Shown here piece after piece: positions 7,761-18,009 of a DNA stretch of 64,000 nucleotides. This DNA is from an uncultured Gemmatimonadales bacterium (GTDB lineage: Bacteria; Gemmatimonadota; Gemmatimonadetes; Gemmatimonadales; GWC2-71-9). The stretch spans positions 2,788,209 to 2,852,208 of the forward strand of contig CAWCMH010000001.1 in assembly GCA_963796635.1 (NCBI GenBank). The letters are read 5' to 3'. The notes under the pieces are model-generated. The model was not told the origin of the DNA. It saw only the letters and a list, made by a program, of their open reading frames with translations, and did no database searches. Made by a program: the position numbers and the translations under genes. Numbering within the stretch: position 1 is the stretch's first letter; the number at the start of each line of letters is the position of its first letter.

Positions 7761-10232
7761 TCAACCGACGACGAAGTTGATCAACCGCCCTGGCACGTAG
7801 ATCACCTTGCGGACGGTGACGTCGGCGAGATGGCGCTGCACCGCCGCGTCCTGTTGGGCGGCGGTGTGAACAGCGGCCTCAGTGGCCGTCCGCGACACGT
7901 CGACCTGCCCGCGAACCTTTCCGTTGACCTGCACCACGATCGTGACGATATCCGTCACCGTGAGCGCCGGATCGAACGCCGGCCACCGCGAATCGAAGAT
8001 CGACGTGGTGTGTCCCAGCCGCTCCCAGCATTCCTCGGCAAAATGTGGCGCGAACGGCGCCGTCATCTGCACCAGTTCGCTGACGACGGTGCGCTCGGTG
8101 CAATTCTGGTCGCGCAACGCATTGACCAGTTCCATGAGTGCCGCGATTGCCGTGTTGTAGTGCAGCGCCTCGAGTTCGCCGGTGACGCGCTGCTTGGTCT
8201 GATGCCATTTGACCAGGATATCGCGGCGGATTTCGGCGTCACGGCAGTCGGGGTCGATGGCATCGGTCACCAGATCCCAGACCCGGTCGAGAAACCGGCG
8301 CGGCCCGCTGATGCCGGCGTCGCGGAAGTCGCCGCCTTCCTGATAGGGACCCAGAAACATCAGGTAGGTGCGCAGCGTGTCGGCACCCCAGCGCGCGATG
8401 TACTCGTCGGGGTTGACGACGTTGCCCTTCGACTTCGACATCTTGGCGCCGTCCTTGATGATCAGGCCATGCGCCCGGAATCGGCGAAACGGTTCCTCGA
8501 ACGCCAGCAGGCCGGCGTCGTGGAGCACCATCGTGATGAAGCGGGCATACAGCAGGTGCAGCACCGCGTGTTCGTTGCCGCCGATGTAACTGTCGACCGG
8601 CAGCCAGTGCCGCGTGCGGTCCGCGTCGAAGGGCCGATCGGAGAAATCGGTGCTCGGATACCGCAGGAAATACCATGCCGAATCGAGGAACGTGTCGGAG
8701 ACGTCGGTTTCGCGCCGCGCCGCCCGGCCGCACGTCGGGCAGTCGACGTGGTACCACGAGGCGTCGCGCGCCAGCGGTGAGACCCCGGAATCGTCGGGGC
8801 GGATGTCCTCGAGCGGTGGCAGCACGACCGGGAGCTGGTCGTCGGGCACCGGCACGATGCCGCACGCGTCGCAATAGATCACCGGAATCGGCGGTCCCCA
8901 GTAGCGCTGCCGGGAAATGCACCAATCGTACAGGCGGTACTGCGTGGTGCGCCGCACCAGGGCGCCGGACGCAGGTCGCGTCGATTCGAGGTGCGCGAGG
9001 ATCGCATCGCGTGCGTCGTCGGGGGCGAGGTCGCTGAACGCTCCGGAATTGACCACGCGATCGGACGCCGAGTCGCTGACATAGGCCGCCGCAAGTGGCG
9101 CGTCGGCCGGTTCGCCCGTGGCCGCGATGACTCGCACGATCGGCAAGTCGAACTGTCGTGCGAAGGCAAAATCGCGCTCGTCGTGGCCGGGCACCCCCAT
9201 GATCGCGCCGGTGCCGTATTCCATCAGCACATAGTCGGCAATCCAGATCGGCAACCGTCGATCGACGCCGGGGATGGTGGCGTGTGCACCGGTGAAGACA
9301 CCGGTCTTCTCCTTGTCGGCGACTTTGCGCGACACCAGATCACGGGCCGCGACGCTGCTGCGATACTCGTCGACGGCGCGACGGTGTTCCGCCGTGGTGA
9401 TCGCGTCGACCAGCGGATGTTCCGGCGCGACCACCAGGAAGGTCGCGCCGAACAGCGTGTCGACCCGCGTGGTGTACACGGTGATCGCGGCATCATGCCC
9501 GGCGACCGAAAAGGTCAGCTCCGCGCCCTCGCTCTTCCCGATCCAGTTCTTCTGCGCCGTGACCGTGGTCGCCGACCAATCCATCTTGGTGGGGTCGTCG
9601 AGATTCGCGAGCAGGCGTTCGGCGTAGTCCGTGATGCGGAAGTACCATTGCTCCAGCACCCGCTGCTCGACGATCGCCCCGCAGCGCTCGCAGGCGCCGG
9701 CGATCACCTGTTCGTTGGCGAGCACGGTCTTGTCGACCGGGCACCAGTTGACGATCCCCTTCTTCTTGTACGCCAGGCCGCGCTTGAGCAACTGCAGGAA
9801 GATCCACTGGGTCCATTTGTAGTACGACGGATCGGTGGTCGCCAGCACGTGGTCCCAGGCGAACATGCCGCCCATGCCGGCCAGTTGCCGCGTGAAATTC
9901 GCGATGTTGCGCGGAATCAGTTCAGCCGGATGCATCCCCAGCTTGAGCGCAAAGTTCTCGGAATGAATGCCGAACGCGTCGAACCCGATCGGTTCGAAGA
10001 CGTCCTGCCCCTGCATGCGCTTGAACCGCCCGAACACGTCCGCGCCGGTGAACGCGAACAGGTTGCCGACGTGCAACCCCTCGGCCGATGGGTAGGGAAA
10101 CATCATCAGGTTGTAGAACGGGCGCGGCGCCGCGTCGAGATCGGGCTCGTTGGTGCGCCGTTCCGACCAGCGTTGGCGCCACCTGGCTTCGACGGCGTGC
10201 GGATCGTAGGCGGGGCGGGAATCGTCGGGCAT
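7761..10232 (-). CDS. leuS: Leucyl-tRNA synthetase
   Basis: HIGH-type motif (GLHVGNLF), KMSKS motif (AKMSKSKGN), CP1 editing domain, full-length similarity. The start at ATG 10232 (MPDDSRPAYDP...) has TATTAT 5 nt upstream. The ORF-track extension to 10427 runs into a repeat array. Confidence 0.95.
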   Translation of the reverse strand: MPDDSRPAYDPHAVEARWRQRWSERRTNEPDLDAAPRPFYNLMMFPYPSAEGLHVGNLFAFTGADVFGRFKRMQGQDVFEPIGFDAFGIHSENFALKLGMHPAELIPRNIANFTRQLAGMGGMFAWDHVLATTDPSYYKWTQWIFLQLLKRGLAYKKKGIVNWCPVDKTVLANEQVIAGACERCGAIVEQRVLEQWYFRITDYAERLLANLDDPTKMDWSATTVTAQKNWIGKSEGAELTFSVAGHDAAITVYTTRVDTLFGATFLVVAPEHPLVDAITTAEHRRAVDEYRSSVAARDLVSRKVADKEKTGVFTGAHATIPGVDRRLPIWIADYVLMEYGTGAIMGVPGHDERDFAFARQFDLPIVRVIAATGEPADAPLAAAYVSDSASDRVVNSGAFSDLAPDDARDAILAHLESTRPASGALVRRTTQYRLYDWCISRQRYWGPPIPVIYCDACGIVPVPDDQLPVVLPPLEDIRPDDSGVSPLARDASWYHVDCPTCGRAARRETDVSDTFLDSAWYFLRYPSTDFSDRPFDADRTRHWLPVDSYIGGNEHAVLHLLYARFITMVLHDAGLLAFEEPFRRFRAHGLIIKDGAKMSKSKGNVVNPDEYIARWGADTLRTYLMFLGPYQEGGDFRDAGISGPRRFLDRVWDLVTDAIDPDCRDAEIRRDILVKWHQTKQRVTGELEALHYNTAIAALMELVNALRDQNCTERTVVSELVQMTAPFAPHFAEECWERLGHTTSIFDSRWPAFDPALTVTDIVTIVVQVNGKVRGQVDVSRTATEAAVHTAAQQDAAVQRHLADVTVRKVIYVPGRLINFVVG

Positions 10233-10284
10233 GCGGAATAATAAGGTTAGGCGGCGAGCTCGTCGCTCGTCGCTCGTCGCCCGT

Positions 10285-10897
10285 CGCTCAAGCCACGGCT
10301 CGGCCGTGCGAAGTCGCTGACGCGACTGATCCAGGCCAGCGTCATTCAGGACGCCGATGCCGGCGTCACCAAGGTGACGGCTCGGCCGCGCGAGGTCGCT
10401 GACGCGACTGATCCAGGGCAGCGTCATTCATGACGCTTCGCAGGGCCGAGCCGCGGCCTTGGCCGCGCCGGCATTACGCGCGACCGGCAGCCGGCGTCAC
10501 TGAAGTGACGGCTCGGCCGCACGAAGTCGCTGACGCGACTGGTTCAAGGCCAGCGTCATTCAGGACGCCGATGCCGGCGTCACCAAGGTGACGGCTCGGC
10601 CGCGCGAAGTCGCTGACGCGACTGGTTCAAGACCAGCGTCATTCATGACGCTTCGCAGGGCCGAGCCGCGGCCTTGGCCGCGCCGGCATTACGCGCGACC
10701 GGCAGCCGGCGTCACTCAAGTGACGGCTCGGCACCACGAAGTCGCTGGCGCGACTGATCCGGGCCAGCGTCATTCAGGACGCCGATGCCGGCGTCACCAA
10801 GGTGACGGCTCGGCCGCGCGAAGTCGCTGACGCGACTGGTTCAAGACCAGCGTCATTCATGACGCTTCGCAGGGCCGAGCCGCGGCCTTGGCCGCGC
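10285..10897. repeat. Tandem array (about 3 x 215 bp) of a multi-hairpin module, family A
   Basis: GCCGGCGTCAC recurs at 10359, 10490, 10573, 10705 and 10787, giving alternating 83- and 131-bp subunits. Each subunit carries short perfect hairpins: CGTCAC/GTGACG, AGTCGC/GCGACT, AGCGTCAT/ATGACGCT, GCGGCC/GGCCGC. Confidence 0.85.
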
Positions 10898-10919
10898 CGG
10901 CGTACGCTGGAGCCGCCAG

Positions 10920-11744
10920 CTACGTCGTCGGCGTGGCCACGTGCGCGCCGAGGTCGATCGTGAACGTCGATCCGTTGATCGTCGCCGTGGCGCTCGAGGT
11001 CCCGTTGAACGTGATGGTGACCGTGCGGGTGACGGTCTTGCCCGCGTTCGGTCCGGAGGTCAGCGTGATGGTGTAGGTCCGGGTAATGGTCCCCGACACC
11101 GGCCAGCCGTTGCCACCGTCGGCCCGTACCGGCAGGAGGACGTCGGTGACCACGTTGTTGCCGGTGATGTCGTACGAGCGAGTGCTGTCGTTGCGCGTCA
11201 CGCGTGAGCGCGACACGGTTTCGCTGCCCGTGCCGTTGACGTCGCGGGTGGTCTCGTCGCCGGCCAGGCCGCTGACGACGAAATCCCGGTGCCGCTGGAC
11301 GGTGGCAGTCCACGGGCCATGCGTCACCTCACCGGAAATGTCGGCAATGATGTGGATCGACGCCGTGGTGAGCGAGTCGTAATCCGTCTGTTCCTGGCCA
11401 TTGGCGTCAAGGAACGTGACACTGCGCGAAATGTCGAGACCGTTGCGGGTGGTATCGGGACAGACGAAGGTGCCGTGGACGAGACGGCATCCGGTGAGAC
11501 CGGGGTGGTAGCCGTGCGGCGAGATGAAATCCGCCCCGGTGGCGGCGGTGTTGCCGATGTTGCCGTCCATCCCGGTCATGATATCGACATCCTCGGCGAC
11601 CCCGTCGGCGGCGACGTTGGAAATATCGGCCGTGATCGCGGCGTTGTCGATCGAACCGCCGATGCTTCCCGTGGGCGAGTCAGCGCTGTTGCACGCGGCG
11701 GCAATAACCAGCACCGCGGCGAATGCCATTCGGGTACGAGACAT
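10920..11744 (-). CDS. Lipoprotein, unknown function
   Basis: Lipobox VIAAAC after a basic N-terminus. Thr/Gly/Asp-rich beta-type sequence. GAGGA lies 9 nt upstream. Confidence 0.65.
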   Translation of the reverse strand: MSRTRMAFAAVLVIAAACNSADSPTGSIGGSIDNAAITADISNVAADGVAEDVDIMTGMDGNIGNTAATGADFISPHGYHPGLTGCRLVHGTFVCPDTTRNGLDISRSVTFLDANGQEQTDYDSLTTASIHIIADISGEVTHGPWTATVQRHRDFVVSGLAGDETTRDVNGTGSETVSRSRVTRNDSTRSYDITGNNVVTDVLLPVRADGGNGWPVSGTITRTYTITLTSGPNAGKTVTRTVTITFNGTSSATATINGSTFTIDLGAHVATPTT

Positions 11745-11863
11745 GGAAGAATCCTCTTATCGATGTGGTGGCGAAAACCGTGCTCCACAGCCAAGGACGA
11801 CGATGCCCCGGAGGAGTTAAGGATGTTCTAGAGTGCGACGTTTGCCTGCGAGGTGACGACGCG

Positions 11864-12934
11864 CTACAGGAGCGGTTCGATCGCCGCGAGGAGGGGGTCG
11901 AGCTGGCGGGGGAGCAGGTCGCCCATGTGCGCGATCCGGATGACGCGATCTTCGTCGCCATCGAGGCCGGTCGAAACCAGAAATCCCTGACGGGCGAGCG
12001 CGTCGACGGCGGCGAGAGCGGAGACTCCCTCGCGCAGCGTCAGCGCGGTGACGGTATTGGCTCGACGCCCTGGCGGAGCCATGATATCGCACTTGCCATG
12101 TGAAGCGACCCACGTCTCCACCCGGTCGCGCATGGTCTGGTGTCGCGCGAAGCGGAGTGGCAGACTCTCCTCGGCGATGCGTGCGAGCTGCGCTTCGAGG
12201 GCGTAGATCACCGGCAGCGCGGGTGTCTGCGGAAAGCGGGACTCGTTTGCGGCCGCGAGCAGATCGATAACGTCGAGATAGAAGCCGCGCTCCTCGACGG
12301 TGCTCGCTCGCTCGACAAATCGTTCACTTGCCACGGCGAAGGCGAGCCCGGGCGGGACGCCGATGGCTTTCTGCGACGCCGTCAGCACGAAGTCGGCTTC
12401 CCAGCGGTCGGCTTCGACGGGTATCCCGCCTGCCGACGACACGGCATCGACGATGGTCATCACGTCCTTCATCTCGCGGAACCGACTGATCAGCTCGGCG
12501 ACCGGCGCGAGCGCACCGGTCGAGGTCTCGCAGTGGACCATGGTGACCGCGTCGACCGGCGGCCCGTCCATCATCTGGTCGAGCAGTCCGGGTTCGAGCA
12601 CCTCGCCGCGGTGCACGTGCAGGCGGATCACGTCGCGACCGCACCCTTCGGCGATGCGCGCGAAGCGTTCGCCGAACAGGCCGCTCACGATGCAGAGTAC
12701 CTGGTCTCGCACGCCGGAGCGGATCGCCGCTTCCATCAGCGCCGTTGCCGAACCGGTGGCGAGCATGACCGGGCGCTCGGTGCCGAGGATGGCGCGCAGG
12801 CCCGGCTGCAATCGCGCGACGAGCTCCGACGCCTGGGCGGTGCGGTGCGCCATCATCGGCTGCTGCATCGCAGCCATCACCGCGACGTCGACCTCGACCG
12901 GTCCGGGAATGAAGTACCGCCCCGACAGCGTCAC
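11864..12934 (-). CDS. Class-V PLP aminotransferase (serine-pyruvate / alanine-glyoxylate type)
   Basis: 356 aa. The PLP lysine context is TASQKAIGVPPG. The GTG start overlaps the upstream stop (GTGA). Confidence 0.85.
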   Translation of the reverse strand: MTLSGRYFIPGPVEVDVAVMAAMQQPMMAHRTAQASELVARLQPGLRAILGTERPVMLATGSATALMEAAIRSGVRDQVLCIVSGLFGERFARIAEGCGRDVIRLHVHRGEVLEPGLLDQMMDGPPVDAVTMVHCETSTGALAPVAELISRFREMKDVMTIVDAVSSAGGIPVEADRWEADFVLTASQKAIGVPPGLAFAVASERFVERASTVEERGFYLDVIDLLAAANESRFPQTPALPVIYALEAQLARIAEESLPLRFARHQTMRDRVETWVASHGKCDIMAPPGRRANTVTALTLREGVSALAAVDALARQGFLVSTGLDGDEDRVIRIAHMGDLLPRQLDPLLAAIEPLL

Positions 12935-13566
12935 GTGACGATCTCGTCGGTGGTGCGCAGCGCGATGCCGCGGGCGGCCCAGTCGGCGATGCAGGCGTCA
13001 CTGCGCGCCGGATCGATGCCGCGGATCGCGTCGGTGACAACGATCAGTTCGGCCGCCGGGCGCAAACGCGCGAGTCCGTCGACGGCGGCACGGGTACAGA
13101 AATCGGTCGCGACTCCGTAGACGATGATGCGATCCGGGGCAAGTGCGTCGAGCACGGTGACGGCATTGGGATTCCAGCGGAAGACGTCGGTGCCGGGCTT
13201 GTTGAGCAGGATGTCGCCGTCGTGATCGAGCACGCTGCGCCGCACGGCCTCGGCATCGAGCGGCACCGGTTGAATCACCAGGGGATTGCGGAGCGTGGTG
13301 GCCGCGATCCGGCGCTGCCCGTCGGTACCGCGCATGCAATGCGGCGGAAAGGTCGTCTGCCAGTCGGGAGCATCGGAGATCTCGGCGTGGCCGACGTCGT
13401 GATCGTCGGCCGTGGCGACGATACGGATGCCGGTGCGGTGGGCCCAGTCGGTGAGTCGTTGCAGGTTGCCGATCAACGCTTCGGCGCCGGGAACCGCGAG
13501 CTTGCCGTCGCTCATGATGAAGTCGACCTGCGTGTCGACGTCCCAGCACAGAGTCGAGTCACTCAT
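12931..13566 (-). CDS. pncA: Nicotinamidase / isochorismatase-family hydrolase
   Basis: DVDTQVDF N-terminal motif and catalytic Cys context YGVATDFCTRAAV. The ATG overlaps the upstream stop (ATGA at 13563-13566). The 494-aa ORF-track entry is a composite with a shadow frame. Confidence 0.8.
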   Translation of the reverse strand: MSDSTLCWDVDTQVDFIMSDGKLAVPGAEALIGNLQRLTDWAHRTGIRIVATADDHDVGHAEISDAPDWQTTFPPHCMRGTDGQRRIAATTLRNPLVIQPVPLDAEAVRRSVLDHDGDILLNKPGTDVFRWNPNAVTVLDALAPDRIIVYGVATDFCTRAAVDGLARLRPAAELIVVTDAIRGIDPARSDACIADWAARGIALRTTDEIVT

Positions 13567-14624
13567 GGGACAATTTCCAGTCGTGGGCTCGGCCGATATT
13601 CCCGCCCCACCTTGGCGCAGGGCTGGCCTTCGTGGCGCACCACGTCGGCGGTGAAGTCGAAACGGCCGCGGAAGAGCGATGAGCCCACGCCGTACGCGTC
13701 CACCGGGACGCCGTGATTCTCGAAGTCGCGGATCTTCTCGACGGTGAATCCGCCGGACACCACAATGCGCACCTGCGGATGCCCGGCGCGATCGAGCGCA
13801 TCGCGCACATTGTGCACCAGTTGCGGCGTGACGCCGGTGGGCTTGGTGCGGCCCATCATCGGAATGACCGAGCGATCGACCAGCATCTCGCTGGTGTCGA
13901 TGCGCACGCCGTAGAGTCCGTCGCCGAGCGCGTCGGCGAGTTCGAGCGACGCGCGCACGCAGTCGTTGTCGAAATCCACCAGCGTGACGAGGCGGATCGA
14001 TGGATCGGTGTGCTCCAGGAATTTCTTCGACGCGAGCACGGTGTTGCCATTGTACGCGGCGATCAATCCGTGCGGCACGGTGCCGATCCCTTCGCTGCCC
14101 CACCACGACGCCTGCGCATCGGTCGACACGCCGATCGCGCCGGCGATGTGCGCGGCATAGCCGTCGCCGGTCTGCACCAGCCAGTGGTCGTGGCGGGCGG
14201 GAAAGAACATCACGTCCTTGGGTCGGGCGGCGTTGACGACACGGCGCGTGTTGGTGCCGACGCGCGTGCGACGGGCGAGCACCCCGAGGTAGAGTGTCTC
14301 GAGGTGCGCGAAGTAGTCGTAGGGGCCCTCGATTTCGAGCACCACCTCCCACGGCGCGATGGCATCGCCGTCGTACAGCGCGCGCACCGTGAGTGCGTTC
14401 CAGTCGTCGCTGCACAGCTTGAGAATCGCGATGGCCTCATCGATCCCGCCGAGGTAGGCGTCGGCCTTGCCAAAGACCTGCAGGGTGACGGTGGGGTTGT
14501 AGTGATCGGCGCGGAGCACGTCGCGCGCGCGGACGAAGTACTTGTCGGAGTAGTACCCTTCGCGCATGCGCTCGACGGGGAGGTGAAAGATCGCGGGATC
14601 GAGACGCGGGCGGCGGGCGGACAT
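13563..14624 (-). CDS. pncB: Nicotinate phosphoribosyltransferase family protein (short, type II PRTase fold)
   Basis: 353 aa. N-terminal YYSDKYF and a C-terminal barrel with VSGGF..E and YGVGS. Operon with nicotinamidase. TAATAT lies 7 nt before the ATG. Confidence 0.75.
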   Translation of the reverse strand: MSARRPRLDPAIFHLPVERMREGYYSDKYFVRARDVLRADHYNPTVTLQVFGKADAYLGGIDEAIAILKLCSDDWNALTVRALYDGDAIAPWEVVLEIEGPYDYFAHLETLYLGVLARRTRVGTNTRRVVNAARPKDVMFFPARHDHWLVQTGDGYAAHIAGAIGVSTDAQASWWGSEGIGTVPHGLIAAYNGNTVLASKKFLEHTDPSIRLVTLVDFDNDCVRASLELADALGDGLYGVRIDTSEMLVDRSVIPMMGRTKPTGVTPQLVHNVRDALDRAGHPQVRIVVSGGFTVEKIRDFENHGVPVDAYGVGSSLFRGRFDFTADVVRHEGQPCAKVGREYRPSPRLEIVP

Positions 14625-14759
14625 CGTGGGAATATTAGCGGACAGGTGCCGGCAGGCGCTGGCGAGTTGCGTCGGGCGCAGGCATGCCGCTAGGCGGTTT
14701 TCATGCGCCGCGTCGTGAAGTACCTTAGGAATCCGCTATCGAAGTCAGGCCCGGTCCGG

Positions 14760-17700
14760 ATGGACCTTCGAGAACAGCTTCAGCAGCACCTTGGCAGCGC
14801 GTACGTCATCGAGCGTGAGCTCGGCGGCGGTGGCATGTCGCGAGTGTTCGTGGCGGTGGAGACTCGGCTCGGTCGCACGGTCGTGGTCAAGGTGCTGAGT
14901 CCTGATCTCGCCCAGGGCATCAACGCCGAGCGATTCGAACGCGAGATCCGGCTCGCGGCGTCGCTGCAGCAGGCCAACATTGTCCCGCTGCTCGTGGCCG
15001 GAGACCTGGCCGGGCTGCCGTATTTCACCATGCCGTACATTGACGGCGATTCGATGCGTGCCCGCCTCGAGCGTGGCCCGCTGCCGATCGCCGATGCGGT
15101 GATGATTCTCCGGGACGTGGCCCGCGCGCTGGCGTACGCCCACGGCCGGGGTGTGGTGCATCGCGACATCAAGCCCGACAACGTGCTGCTATCCGGCGAG
15201 GCCGCGGTGGTCACCGATTTCGGTATCGCCAAGGCGTTGAGCGCGTCGCGCACGGCCGCTTCTGGTGCGACACTGACACAGCTCGGCACGTCGATCGGCA
15301 CGCCGGCGTACATGGCGCCGGAGCAGGTCGCCGGCGATCCTGCGGTCGATCACCGGGCCGATCTCTACGCCCTCGGTTGCATGGGATTCGAGCTGCTGAC
15401 CGGTGAGCAGCCATTCACCAAGCGGACGCCGCAGCAAGTGCTGGCGGCGCACTTGAGCGAACCGGTACCTTCGGCCGCCATGCAACGTCCGGACGCGCCG
15501 CCGGCACTGGCAACGCTGCTTGCGCGCCTGATGGAGAAAGACCCGGCGCACCGGCCGCAGAGTGCCACCGAAGTGCTTCGGGCGCTCGACGGGGTCACGA
15601 CCAGCCGGCAGAGCCTGGCGCTACCGGTGGCTGTTCCGGTGGGTCGCGCAGTGCTCTGGTGGGCGACCGCAACGGTTGTCGTGGTGCTGTGCGCCAAGGC
15701 CGCGATCGTCGGGATTGGTCTGCCTGACTGGGTGCTTCCGGGGGCGATCGTCGTGATGGCGCTGGGTCTCCCCGCGGTGCTGATCACGAGTTACGTGCAG
15801 CGGGTGGCGCGCCGCTCGGCGATGGCGACGCCGACATTGACACCGGGTGGTTCGCTGATGCGCGCTGCGCCCGGCGGGACCGTGGCGACCATGGCGCTCA
15901 AGGCCTCGCCGCACATTACCTGGCGGCGCACCTGGCGTGGGGGAGCGATCGCGGTGGGCGTCTTCGTCGTTGTCATCGCGGCCGTGATGACCTCGCGCGC
16001 GTTCGGCGTCGGCCCGTGGGCGTCGTTGCTCGCCGCCGGCAAGCTCGGCGCCGACGACCGGATCGTGCTCGCTGATCTCGCCGCGCCGCCCGCTGACAGC
16101 GGGCTGGTGGCGATCATCGGCGAGGCGGTGCGCACCGCCCTCGACCAGTCGCGCGCCGTGCACCTGCTGCAGCCGGCGGAAGTTGCCGACGTGTTGCAGC
16201 AGATGAAGCAGCCGCGCGACGAGCGCCTCGCCAGGCCTGACTTGGTCCACGAAGTCGCCCAGCGCGCCAACGCGCGCGCCGTGCTTGGCGGACGACTGGT
16301 ACCGCTCGGCAACGGCTACGCCATCAGTCTGGATCTCACGGCCGCCAACAATGGCGCGACGCTGGCGTCGTTTCAGGCGACCGCCGCGAGCTCGCAGGAC
16401 TTGCTCAAGGTGATCGACAGGCTGACGCGGCAGTTGCGCGGCAAGGTGGGGGAGTCGTTGCGGCAGGTGCAGCAGTCGATTCCGCTGGAGCGCGCCACGA
16501 CCACGTCGCTCGAGGCATTGCGGAAATACAGCGAGGCGACGATCGCCAACGATGTCGACGAAGACCACCCACGGGCGATTCTGCTCGCGCGTCAGGCGAT
16601 CGCCCTCGACTCCACCTTCGCGCTGGCGTGGCGGAAGCTCGGCGTGACGCTTTACAACAACAACGCGCCGCAGGCCGCAATCGATTCCGCCCTCGAGCAC
16701 GCGGTGCGCTACGCCGACCGTCTCCCCGAACGCGAACGCGACCTGGTCCTCGGTGCGTACTATGAGGAAGACCAGACGGCGATGAACCGCGGCAAGCTGA
16801 TCGCCGCTTACCAGGCGGCCTTCGCCGCCGATTCGACCTCGACCACCGCCGCCAAGGATCTGAGCAATTATTTCCAGATGCGGCAACAGTTCGACAGCGC
16901 GTTGCGCTACGCCCGCATCTACCGGCGCCTTCGGCCAGGGCCCGCTGCGGCCGCTTCGGTGGCCCAGATGCAGATCGGCCTGGGCGACACCGCGGCAGCG
17001 CGCACCCTGCTCGACTCCATCGTGTTGCCAGCCGGGGGAACTCCCAGCGTCGAACAGTTATGGGCACGGTATGAACTGGCGCTGGCGGCCGGGAACCGCG
17101 ACTCGGTCCGCGCGGCACTCCTGGTGGCGCACCGCAGCCCGCAAGCCGTGTATCGCCTTCAGGGGGCGATGACTCTGGGTGCCCTCGACGCCACGTGGGG
17201 ACGGGTGCGCGTGAGCGATTCGCTGGCGCGTGCGGCGCAACAGATCGCCGACTCGGCCGGTCTTACCAACGCCTTTGCCGGCATCTCGATCGCCGCCAAC
17301 GACATCCTCGTTCGCAATCGTCCCGACCGGGGGCTCAAGATCCTCGACTCGACACTGGCGTCGCCGGCGTGGCGACGGGCGAACACCGATGATCTGCCGG
17401 TGGACGTCGTGGCGTCGCTCTACGCGCTCGGTGGCAGTCCCGAACGCGGCAAGGCGTTGCTCGACGAGAGCATCAAGGTGACCCCGGGGTATCGGTCACC
17501 GGCGCTGCAGGAATATGTCGCGAGAGCTCGGGCGCGGATCGCGCTGGCGCGCAAGGACTATCCCGAGGCATTGGCGCAGTTTCGGACAGCGCTCGATGGT
17601 GACGACGGCAAGCCGGCGTATCAGTTCTGTGACGCCGTCTTCGGCATTGCCGAGACGTTCGACCGGATGGGGCAGGCCGATTCGGCCCGGGTCTGGTTCT

Positions 17701-17954
17701 GGAAGTATCTCGCGATTCCCCGAGTAATCCGCAACGACCGGACGACAGCAATCACCTCGCTCTTCGAAGGTTCGACCGCCGCCGCCGACAAGCGCCTCGG
17801 CGAACTGTACGACGCGGCGAACGATCGGACCAACGCGCTCAAGTACTACGGTGACTTCGTCGACCAGTGGAAAAACGCCGATCCCGACCTGCAGCCGGTC
17901 GTGACCACCGTCAAGCAGCGGATGGCGGAACTGGAGAAGGGCGAAGGGCACTAG
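14760..17954 (+). CDS. Ser/Thr protein kinase with TM segments and a long TPR-like C-terminal region
   Basis: GGGGMSRVF...VVVK (ATP site), HRDIKPDNVLL, DFGIAK, APE. The alternative start at ATG 14703 cannot be excluded. Confidence 0.85.
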   Translation: MDLREQLQQHLGSAYVIERELGGGGMSRVFVAVETRLGRTVVVKVLSPDLAQGINAERFEREIRLAASLQQANIVPLLVAGDLAGLPYFTMPYIDGDSMRARLERGPLPIADAVMILRDVARALAYAHGRGVVHRDIKPDNVLLSGEAAVVTDFGIAKALSASRTAASGATLTQLGTSIGTPAYMAPEQVAGDPAVDHRADLYALGCMGFELLTGEQPFTKRTPQQVLAAHLSEPVPSAAMQRPDAPPALATLLARLMEKDPAHRPQSATEVLRALDGVTTSRQSLALPVAVPVGRAVLWWATATVVVVLCAKAAIVGIGLPDWVLPGAIVVMALGLPAVLITSYVQRVARRSAMATPTLTPGGSLMRAAPGGTVATMALKASPHITWRRTWRGGAIAVGVFVVVIAAVMTSRAFGVGPWASLLAAGKLGADDRIVLADLAAPPADSGLVAIIGEAVRTALDQSRAVHLLQPAEVADVLQQMKQPRDERLARPDLVHEVAQRANARAVLGGRLVPLGNGYAISLDLTAANNGATLASFQATAASSQDLLKVIDRLTRQLRGKVGESLRQVQQSIPLERATTTSLEALRKYSEATIANDVDEDHPRAILLARQAIALDSTFALAWRKLGVTLYNNNAPQAAIDSALEHAVRYADRLPERERDLVLGAYYEEDQTAMNRGKLIAAYQAAFAADSTSTTAAKDLSNYFQMRQQFDSALRYARIYRRLRPGPAAAASVAQMQIGLGDTAAARTLLDSIVLPAGGTPSVEQLWARYELALAAGNRDSVRAALLVAHRSPQAVYRLQGAMTLGALDATWGRVRVSDSLARAAQQIADSAGLTNAFAGISIAANDILVRNRPDRGLKILDSTLASPAWRRANTDDLPVDVVASLYALGGSPERGKALLDESIKVTPGYRSPALQEYVARARARIALARKDYPEALAQFRTALDGDDGKPAYQFCDAVFGIAETFDRMGQADSARVWFWKYLAIPRVIRNDRTTAITSLFEGSTAAADKRLGELYDAANDRTNALKYYGDFVDQWKNADPDLQPVVTTVKQRMAELEKGEGH

Positions 17955-18009
17955 CCGCTGGAGCCTTTCGGCTTCGGCCAATCGCGAGTCGTCGCAATGA
18001 CCACGCGAC

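Noticed and set aside
10588-10830. ORFs predicted inside the family A arrays (also 10088-10402 and 42350-42805)
   Set aside because: Their peptide sequences are simply the repeat translated (for example VTARHHEVAGATDPGQRH recurring). They have no start context, and in places they overlap on both strands.
10285-10897. Possible CRISPR array, given regularly spaced repeats in a 600-bp non-coding stretch
   Set aside because: The whole 83/131-bp units repeat, including the would-be spacers. There are no unique spacers and no cas genes in the window. The unit structure is a chain of short hairpins, typical of REP/BIME-like or structured-RNA repeats.
12931-14415. 494-aa ORF-track entry
   Set aside because: Only the last 211 codons (from ATG 13566) look like a real protein (nicotinamidase). 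The upstream part is an Arg-rich shadow frame overlapping the NAPRTase gene.
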